Shown here: positions 51,101 through 61,909 of the stretch, in pieces
How positions within the stretch are numbered: position 1 is the first letter of the stretch
Layout of the letters: each line of letters opens with the position of its first letter
Source: Diadema antillarum
Lineage: Eukaryota
DNA: 64,000 nt
Assembly: GCF_040938485.1 (NCBI RefSeq)
Contig: NW_027272364.1
Coordinates: 62,001-126,000 of the forward strand
Direction: 5' to 3'
The notes under the pieces: generated by a model
Told to the model about the DNA's origin: nothing
Database searches by the model: none
The model's input: only the letters and a program-made list of their open reading frames with translations
Made by a program: the position numbers and the translations under genes

Positions 51101-54100
51101 GTTGGATAGCTTCAGAATAGTGATAAGATAGCTATACAAGGATTTGGGCCTCGGGAATGATTGTGTTTGAACTAAAAACTGGACATTTCCTAATTTCATG
51201 TGCAAACTATATGGTAAGTTGTGAGGGGATGACATGCTCACTTTTTCCATTTGCATATTCATGTTGACTGTTCATGACCTATTTCCCCCCAAAATAGCAA
51301 AACTTCAAAATGTCATAACTTCCTTATTTTTTCATCCGATTCCGATCAAAATTATACCTTTGAACTCATAATATTTTATTCTTTCTTTTATGACTATAAC
51401 GTACGTTCGGATTGAATATCTCCTTTAACGGATTCGAGGAGGTAGAATTAATATCAAGACCAGAAGAAGGAGGAGGAGTAGAACAGGAGAGGTAAGCGAA
51501 GGAGCATTTGACATTCAATACATGGGCATTTGCACTGTTCTTCACTAAAACTTGGTCATTTCTGAGAAGATACAGTATGAAATGTATGTACACGTGCGTG
51601 TGTTCGTTTGTTTCTTAATTCTAATGTCAATATTTGATCCTGTACTTGGATTCTAAATCCTGCGGACGTTTCATAATAAACAATCAAGTAGACTGATTTG
51701 AAAACTTTTTTTTCGGGATTATCCCATGAGACCGACACCCACGAGTCATACAGTCCACGACTTAGATACTAGATCACTGGGCTTAATGTTCCCGTCTCGT
51801 GGGCCTTGCTTGCTCAGTGTCGAACTCGTCGGCCCATACTTGTCTGGTGTCGGACCCATGGGCCTTATAAAATTTGCGTAGTGCTAGTGTCGAGCACATG
51901 GGCTGTGTGACTCATGGGCTGCATGACTCGTGAGTTGTATGATTCGTGGGTGTCGAACCCGTGACGTGCATTATTACTATCATTATTACCGTCCTTATAG
52001 CGCATAATACCTTTGGCAAGGTCTCTATGCGCTTAATTAGAGGGGAATAAGATATGCAGGAAAATATAATTACAGAAACAATAAAATGCTGCATGCTATC
52101 ATTATTGTTACGTTTTGAACTGATGAGTTTTTAAAGATGTTTTAATTTAAAATTATTTTCCGGAATTTGTAATCAGAGAAAGTGTGTATTAGAGTTTTGT
52201 TTGCGTTTGTTTGTGATCGATTTACCACTCTCGGGGCAGTAGACATCGCAGTGACTGGCGTCACTAGGGGGTTCGGCCTCGTACGATGGCCAGCAAGTGC
52301 GGTCCGTAGCAGCGCATCTATCTGTTGGGAAAGGGAACGCGGCATTCATGAATACATATACCGGTAAGTGATACAATTTTCTCATCAAAATGATTTCAAA
52401 TTACAATGTGACGGAGGACCAGTGGGGATGTTGTGACTAGGTATATTAGCAATGGGATATGACTGATCGATTGACACTACGCAAAAGGCAAATTCATCGT
52501 ATATGTCAAGCTATAATATGTCACGAGCTCATTGTTCCTGTCAATGTCCTAATTGAATCCATCCAAATGATAGATTGAAATAAGACTTTGGAGTACATAA
52601 TAATTCTATTGTTACGCATGCGAATTCAACTAAAATTACCAGGGAAACAAAAAGGATCTTGCAGGATTAAATTTCTTAATACAAGTAGCACCTCATGGTT
52701 GTGAAATGATATTAACAAGTAAAATAAATAAAACGAATGGATATAATGTGAAAGACGAAAAACAACAAGAAAAAAGTACAATTTGTCGCAGGGCATTTGC
52801 TGGAAAGAAGATTGTTAGTCTATACACGTTTGGGTCATAAATCAAAAACGTATTACGGGTAGAAACACACTACAACCAGAATATGTTTGGACACGATGGT
52901 CGTGTTCACTGACGAAACATTCACATACTGTTACACTATCCTGTTCATGATAAACGTCCAACGATTGGGAAGAAAACGTACGAGTCCACATGTATGGATA
53001 CACCCGGTAGACGTCTTTCTTAGGCATGTTAGGTTTCATGGAACATCCCGCTGACCCTACCTACGAGAGTGAGAATTTCCCCTTGGGCGATCGGACGGAC
53101 TCAATTCATAACACAAGTGCTGGGGTCATCCCACGAGCTCAACACCAAAGAGTCATACAGCTTACGAGATTGACATTGAAAAAAGGTCCATGAGTCATAC
53201 AGCCCACAAGCTCTACACTATAGGCAAACAAGTCCCATGAGTTCGACACTAGGCAAACAAGGACCACGACTCCGACACTATACAATAGGCAAAAAAGGCC
53301 CACGAGACCTATACTGCGTGCATTAAGCCCGATGATGTATTGTTGGTTTCATGAGCATTTTTTGGCTTATGTCGAGCTGGTGGACGGTACAGTTCATGGG
53401 CTCATTTTACTTGATGTAGAGTTCATTGGTCTTATTTACTTAGTGTCTAGTTCATAGGCTGTATGACTCATGGGCTATATGACTCGTGGGTGTCGAACTC
53501 GTGACGTGCACCCGAAGTGCTCACTCTCACAAGTGTCACCGTTGTAGCCTGAATGACAAACACATTCGCATGACTGCTCGTCGATGAACCCGTTCCTACT
53601 GCAGAACATGCCTTCCCCGACGCTGCACACTGCAGAGGAGAAGATGTATACAAACAAACTTAACCAAACGCGTTGCCAAATAACACATGAAACTTTTTTT
53701 TTTTCGATTGGAATCTTGACCATTGTGTTGCACGAGAAATACACAATCCCCATGCAGCCATCTCCTGATGATCAATCTTAAGTGTTTTCTCTCATGGTAA
53801 TTTAAGAATATCATTCTGCAACGATAATCGAAACTATCACAGCAGTCATGGTAATCTTAATGATTGATAATAGTGATTATAACAATAATACTTGCAGTAG
53901 TCGTCACCAAAATTATCAATCATAGTCCTCAAGGTTCTAGAAATATGTTTGATGCAAAGTACATAATACCTTAACAACTAGCTATACTGTAGTACTTAAA
54001 GAGAATGAAGATGGCATTTAGATTAAGAACGGTTCTTCTCTTGAAGATAAAATTTATGAAAGGGGAATTATAGATGAGATTTATCACAGCTTTGAGTTCA

Positions 54101-56700
54101 AGTTTACTTGAATGACTTTAATGATATTAAGCTGCAAATCTCTTAGTGCAAACAGTAATGAAATCTAAATGTTTCTTTCGTTTTCGCAAAACAGTAATGG
54201 ATCTTGCAATCTCGTGTACAAAATTAGGTTATAATTTCAAAAATGTAACCCTCTTCCCTTGAAAACAATAGTGCAAGGTTAAATATATTGATGTAGATGC
54301 TGTAATCTATTTCCTATATACTTTATTCAAAAAACAGGATTTTCGGTTAAGACCTGTTGACAAAAATGGAATAAATTATTGTGAATCGATCTAGATTTCA
54401 TTCTTCTTAGTGATCATCAGCACTGTTTCACTAGAACATTAGAATAAAGTATGTATTTCGGATTTTTTTTTTTTTTTTGTCTGAGTCTTCCGATGACACA
54501 CTTTTGAACAACTGTACAAACATGGCGTAAAATTTTCACTTCAAGAAGGTCTATTCTGGCGAGACTGGACGAAATAAGCGTCTAAGTGTCGACCTATCAG
54601 GACTTTCTTACCGTCTCTGACACACCGACCAGTTTCAGTATCGAGTTGGAACCCGATTGGGCAGGCGAGGCATCGATAGGAACCAGGGGTGTTCTCACAG
54701 AACTCGCAGACATTGTCCTCCAGTGAGCATTCGTCAATGTCTGAAAGAATGATAACTCGAGCAGGATTCGAACCTACGACCTGTCCGGACACAGTCCTGT
54801 CCGGAGATCAGGAGGTCGTCGTAGGTTCAAATCCTGCTCGAGTATGTACGCCCATGATTTCTTTTATCATGGCTACTACTAAAACACTGATCAATTCAGT
54901 GCTTATTTACGTTGGTGTTGGGCAGTTTGTCAATCAGTTGCAATGAAAATATCTCGACGGAAGAATTATGAATTTGAAATGATAACGTTTGTTAAGATGA
55001 GACACACTTTGAAGTCTTCCATTGGACCACGCCCGGAGATACACTGAAATTGATCTGAATGACAATGATGATCTGATCATTCCTTCTTTTTTTCTCAACA
55101 ATGTGGCTCGGTCGCTCATCAGGATGAAATATATCATTTCGTTTTGCTGAGAGCGTTTAGTAGGTCCTACTCTTTACAAACATGAATCAACAAGGTGATC
55201 AACCCGTCTAGGTTGTTTAGCAGGACTCGCTGTACAAGACTGACCAATAATTACACTTCCATCGATTTCTTCTAAACTCATGCTCTACTTGTTTTCTTTT
55301 GATTACCCTTTTTCTTTTGATTTCCCTCTTTCACATTCTTCTGGCATTTTGTTTTCATTTGAGAGACGCTCAAGACAGCAGAGCTCACTTAGGTGACGTC
55401 AAAAGATTCAATATCTATTCATACTTCAAATTGGAGACTTCTATCCTCCGCATTATATCTGAAGCAGAAAACACTGTAGAGCCGTCATTGGCCTCTGACG
55501 AACATTAAATGGCATTAGAAATGTATTAAGACGTTAGTACTGCAGGTTTTTAACTTACCGGTGCACGTTAACAGCGCGTTATCAAAGCTATACCCAGTCA
55601 CGCAGTCGCATGTACAGGTTTCAGGGTCGAAGGTCCCCTGACCGCTGCAGTCGAGTACGGGGCACGGTGTCGCTGGCCTACTGGTAGATGACGGCTCACT
55701 GGATGATATATATTCCGTCGAAGTCTGCGGCGAGGCCGTTGGCTTCACCGGGGTGGGGACTGACGGCGTGGTCGAGGGCTCTTCGATTTGGAAGCTGCCG
55801 CGTCCGATCGCGAAGAAGGGCGTGCACGTCCTGCCGTTGGCATCGAGTTCGAAGCCCGGCATGCAACTGCAGCGGTAAGATCCTACCGTGTTCTCGCAGA
55901 AGTGAGCACAGCGACCCGCCTCCTCGCATTCATCGACGTCTGGAAGAATCATGGGAGACCAGCTTACTTACGTAATAATATCAATTCATAAACATGGTGA
56001 AAAGATGACGATAATGGTTCTGACGATAGCGATGGTGAAGACGACGATGATGCTTTTGATTTCACCAATACGTGATGATGATAATAATTGTCAGTGATAA
56101 ATTACAACGATAATCTTTAATCATCATATTGCTACTAATCAAATTGTTAATATCACTGCAACGAGTAATCATGATAATGATGGCAATGGTTATGATAATG
56201 ATATTCATGTTTTCAAGTAGCGTCTTTTCACAATGTCGTGGGGCTCTTACAGAGGTACACCTGAACTCAAGATGTCTCCTAACTATAATAAAAAGGAAAA
56301 CACACCTTCCAAATTTGTATTGGTCACGTGTCTAGGGTAAGTTAACCAATTCTGAACACTGATTACATATCAATAACCACTATACCGGGTGTCCCAAAAA
56401 AAGCGGAACGGTGGATTTTCAGTACCTTGCGGTCTGAAAGTTATATATCTTTTGACATCATTAGAAAGAGCATCTTCCGCAGAAGACTGTGATACCCAAA
56501 TCATCAAATTTGGTTAAGTACTTTTTATTCTACGCCAATTTCTGAAAATGCAGTCATTGTCAAATTTCGCCGGATTTTTGCGACTTATGAGATAATAATT
56601 TGAGAGCGACACGCGATCCATACGGTGAATATTGTGTAAGCTCGGTGATCCATGTCAACAAAAGATACAGCTTTCACATTGGGCACGGGCCAGGAAAAAA

Positions 56701-56745
<45 letters not shown>

Positions 56746-59700
56746 TGTGTGTGTGTGTTTGCGCTCCCAATATGAAAGCGTTATCTTTTGCTGACATGGA
56801 TCAACGAGCTTACACAATTCACCGTATGGAACGCGTGTCGCACCCAAATTATTATATCATAAGTCGCAAAAAATTCAAAATGACTGCATTTACAGAAATT
56901 GGCGTAGAATAAAAAGTACTGAACCAAATCTAATGATTTTGGTATCATGGTCTTTTGCGGAAGATGCTCTTTCTAATGATGTCAAAAAATATATCACTTT
57001 TAAAACGCAAGGTACTGAAAATCCACCGTTCCGCTTTTTTTGGGACACCCGGTATAGGCTGTTTTTAGTGGCTGTATCGGAGACACTAAAACACTAAAAC
57101 ACTGGCATCGTCACTCACTTGTTGGTTCTTGCTCGCGCAATGAACAAAGCGAATCCTTATATGAAATTTCGTTTTGTCTTTTTTTTTTAGATTCGTCTGG
57201 GTTTCAGACCAGCATTTCACTACTAGGCGAAAATTTCATACTTATCACTCCAATAACTGATTATACATTGACATCTCATGATCCTTACTACCAATCTACG
57301 TAGCATCAGTGGTACAGCTAAGTGATAGGAGCGAGAAGGGCTCCTGAAAAACACGAATTAAAAACAAACAAACAAACAAACAAACACTTATGGTTTCATC
57401 CCTCGTCTCACCTAGACATATATCTCTTGCCTTGGTTGTCTCGTAGCCTTCTGGACAGTCGCAATGACAAATTCCTTGATCAGAATCCATCACGATCCAT
57501 GACGGGTCTCCACATTTTAGAATACACACTGAAGGGGGAAAAATAAACCAATTAAATGTAGCCCGTTCACTTTGCTATCGTTATCACAACAGGGCAGAAA
57601 TAGCTGTTCACTCTGATGTGGTGCTAAATTTTAAGCAGAATAGATACTGCCAGTACTCGAGAGCAAATTATGATGGATTGGATTTCTATAATGTATATTG
57701 ATTGTCATACTTTTTTTAACGTGACAAGTTGTAATTCTGCATCAGTCTTAAGAAAATTCGGACAACTTTGAAAGTGCTGGTCAAGTAATATCTCTCAGCC
57801 AATTATTGGTTAGGATCCACTATAGGTATTATCACCATTACTCGTCAACATCGATTTTACTGTCTTCTAATATACAGTCATACAAAAAGGTCAGAATATC
57901 ATGTTATTTTGAGATATTCGTGGTGTAAGGTTTGTCCATACCAAACGGGTCATCTGCGCATGTTGCATGATCACATATGCATGTGCATTCCTCAGAGTTA
58001 TAATCGTAGACTCCGGAACAGGTGTCGGCGTAAAGGCAGTCGCACTGTGCTCCTTCCGGTGTACAACCACTGTCTGTCGGCGGAGCAAAGCACAATATAA
58101 AACTCGATCTGATTATGAGCATGTGGTTATGTTCAGCTTATTAGCATACTATTCCAACCCCTGTCCACAGAAGGCAAATCAAATGTTCCATTATTAAGCC
58201 ATTAAAAAAAAAAATGAATGGATTCTTTTCATGTAGGCCCTAATATCTCTGTATATTGTATAGTTCCACGACTGTGACATTATAATTATGAGCTGTTGTA
58301 GACTTCTTATCAGGCCAAGACGTCACATGGATTTGACCAAAACTTTTGAACATTATAACTTTTGTACAGATTACTCAGATTGTCCTCAAACTTATAAATC
58401 AATATTGATACATAGTAAACTTTAAGGAGAAAATAATTGCGCTTTGACTAAGAAAAAAGGTGCTAAATTTAAACATCATTAATCATGAAAACGTTGCATC
58501 CCTCACCGCACATGTCATACTCATTGTTACACCAGCCGCTTCCATCGGGGCAAGCTGTGCACGGCGTCCCGGACGTGTAGGGGTTGGCGTCTTCAAGATC
58601 ATCGCTGGAAGGCAGTTCAAACCATGGTAGAAAAGTACATGCCAAACGTATCAATTGTGTTTGACATTTAAACAGAACATTGTGCGGTTTCACATTGTTG
58701 ACAGTTTGGGGGCACTACGAGTCGTTGTTTTAAAGTCAATAATAATGCACAATTCTTTCAGTGTGATATTTGTTTTATGATTAAAGAAAAATCGATAACA
58801 AACCTGGTAATAGATTAAATTATCTGAGTTAAAACGAAAGATAAAGAATAATTAGATGAATATCCTAAACCCAGTCTATTTCTAAAGTGAAGTGATTTGT
58901 AAGTGAGACAAATATTGCTCCAATGTCTATTTCCAAATATCTGGACAATGATTTAAAAAAAAAATCAAATTTGCTTTGTTGTACATTGTACTCGTCAACC
59001 GAAGGGAACTAAAATAAAGAGAGAGTTTAAGGTACAAGAATTGTCACATTTCATTAAGTTCAATTCAGATCAATTCAATTCAATTCAATTTTAAGACGCT
59101 GAATAAGACTTATCATGTATACCTGCAAGTTACAATCATGACGGTCACATGAAGCACACTTACACAGGGTAGTAATTGCATTTCCAGTAGTAAACGTTGG
59201 GTAGAACGGTATTTGTGTATGTATTATTCAGTTCGTCGCATAGGAAATAAGCACATCCAATCTCCTCCATTGGTGCCCATGTGAACTGAAACAGTAAGAA
59301 GTGGAGCCAAAGAAATAAGAATATCTGTGCATGTTCTGAGGGCCAATATTTCTCACATGAAATGTTATACTTTTCGAAAATACCGCAGAAATCATGACAA
59401 TGCTGCCGTAAATTATGCTGTCTTTTGATCAATCTATGGAGTGTTCGTAATTGCGTCTACCTGCACAAAGTTTGAAAACAATCGCCTGTGGCAATTACAG
59501 GTATGATGCTGGAGCAAATGCTCCCATTTGGAGTGCTAAGAGCTTAATTATGATCCCTTATGAAGTTTGTTTGTTTTTGTTGTTTTTTGTACGTGAACAG
59601 TGTGTACAGAAGACTAAACTGAAGATGAGGAATATAAAATAATCATCTTAAATCCGATTGTAAAATCGAAAGGCAGTCATTTTTAATCATTCAAAAAATC

Positions 59701-61875
59701 GAGTTTTAAATTGTTTCAACTATGATAGTAAAAAAAAAAGACACTCTTTATAATATCTTACAAATCTGTACTATATTTTCCCATTGAAATTTTCTGTCAA
59801 AGTGATAGAGATTTTTAAAGACTCACCAATTTGTACATGTTGCAGAAGACTGGGTCACGACTGCATGAATCTTCGAGGTAATTATAGCTTTCTTTGCCCA
59901 GGTAGAGCCATGTATCTATAGAGTCCACTAAATCAAATGTAGGTGTCTGTAAATAATTGTCAAATGGCAGATTAAATACAAGCAAACAAAGCAAAGTATA
60001 TCAATATAAAGCTAAATGTCTTAATTAAGTTCTATAGGCCTGCCCAACCACACATGTCAAAGTGTTTTGCCCGTGTCATTATATGAATTTCTATATAGCC
60101 CTTTATTGCCTGGACAGAGTACAGATGGTTTAAATAATGATTGTAATGGTGTTCCTGAGCTTCAATGCAGACCAATGGAAACCACTCGTTGTTTCTTTGT
60201 TTTTCATTTTAATCGGAAATCAAAAAGTAAATTATATTCAAGCAAAACGAAATATTTAAGAATGGATAAAAGGATGGAATACTGATCTCAGGAGTACCGT
60301 CGAATAGAGTTCGGTCTTTTATGGGCACCACAGTGACATATGAAGCGTTTATAAATTTGAAAACAATATTAAGGATAAAACATAAATAGATTGATAAAGC
60401 TTAAAAAGGGAGCTCATTCATCTTCCAACCTCCTCTCCCATGGACCGACAAAAAGTTCGAAATGACATTGTATCATGACAATTCCCATGCGTCAACTCTT
60501 CGTCTGTGATTACAATAGCAGCGATAATTTCTAAAGTGCGTGTGAAATACTGTCTCACTAGAGGAGACTTCGCCCGCCACTCGTGCGACTCGAAAAAACC
60601 CCAAAGGGCTTGCATTCTCCCCAAGAAGGCAACTCCACGGCGACTTCAGAGACGTCTCCAGATGAGATGATAACTTATTCATCCGGATGTCGCGGAGACG
60701 ACTCCGGGAGGTCGCCAATGGGTCTCCCCAAAGTCGTTTCGGAGACCTTTGGGAGACCTCGCGAATAAAATTAGTCTCCGCTAGTTGTCCGTGAGTTATT
60801 TATTAACGAGATAAACTATCTATATACATGTACTTTTATTTACAATGGTATGCATGTCGCGGTGCATTTAAGTGAGGTAAAAAAACAAACAAACATGAGA
60901 TGAGACTTCACATAAAGCATAAATCCTTAAAATGGATATAAAACAGCAGTCCTACTTTTCAGGCACCACACCCAGCTAACGTACATGCTTTCATTTTTTT
61001 TTTGTCAATAACGTAATACATAATCTTATTTAGAATCATCGTCTTCGTCCGATGTGAGAGAACTTCATGTATACAATTTTCGTCATCTATACACGAAGCG
61101 ACAACCAGCCTATCGTTGCGCATACCTGCGAGATGCCAGTGAACTGTAAGACCTTCCGTGGGTGACCCATGTCAACAGGAATGTCAATGGAGTAATAACA
61201 CTCTTCCACCCTGTCCTTGGCAGCGGCGTAGAGATCGTGGCTCCACACCTGGAAGGGAAACCAGTAGAAACACAGAGAGGGACGGTGACGGGATATTATG
61301 TTCTTCTGCCTCCTTTTTCAGATTATAGAGAGACTAATAGATCAAGGACGTATATGGACATAGTACTTTTTTGTTTTGTTTTTGTTTTTTACGTGCGTAA
61401 ACGCCTGGATAAGTCAGTTCGGAGTTCCACTTTCAACATAAGCACAAAAAGGGCCATTTTTACTTATTCATGCATGGTGGGATTTTCACTCACTGAGACA
61501 AGCATACATGACAGATTATGTCTAATGATTATTCATATAAATGGTATGCGCCTACTAAGAAAAAAAAATGTTAATGCATTGAAGGCGAAACAATGAAAGG
61601 AATGCTTACCCGGGTATTGATTATTGATTATGTCGCTTTGACACTGAGTGAATAGGTACCTAACCAACTGCCCATGAACTAATAATGATCTGGTTTATTG
61701 CAATGATGGACAGAATTAGTGTCTACAATGACTGATAATCCACCCAATCAGCATTGGCTGTCTTCAAATCTCACAAAATGTATGATGATCGAATATTATG
61801 TAGTGCACGAGGTGAAAAATACGAATATTTTCCCCCGAGTATTTGGTTGTTCAGTCGGCTATTTTTATCCCCCTC

Positions 61876-61909
<34 letters not shown>

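Noticed and set aside
52842-53039. Extra exon of the minus-strand gene
   Set aside because: No convincing splice pair or domain motif, and other frames have stops.
54793-54843. Functional tRNA gene
   Set aside because: Only the anticodon/T-arm portion is present, with no D arm or acceptor stem; it is part of an inverted duplication.
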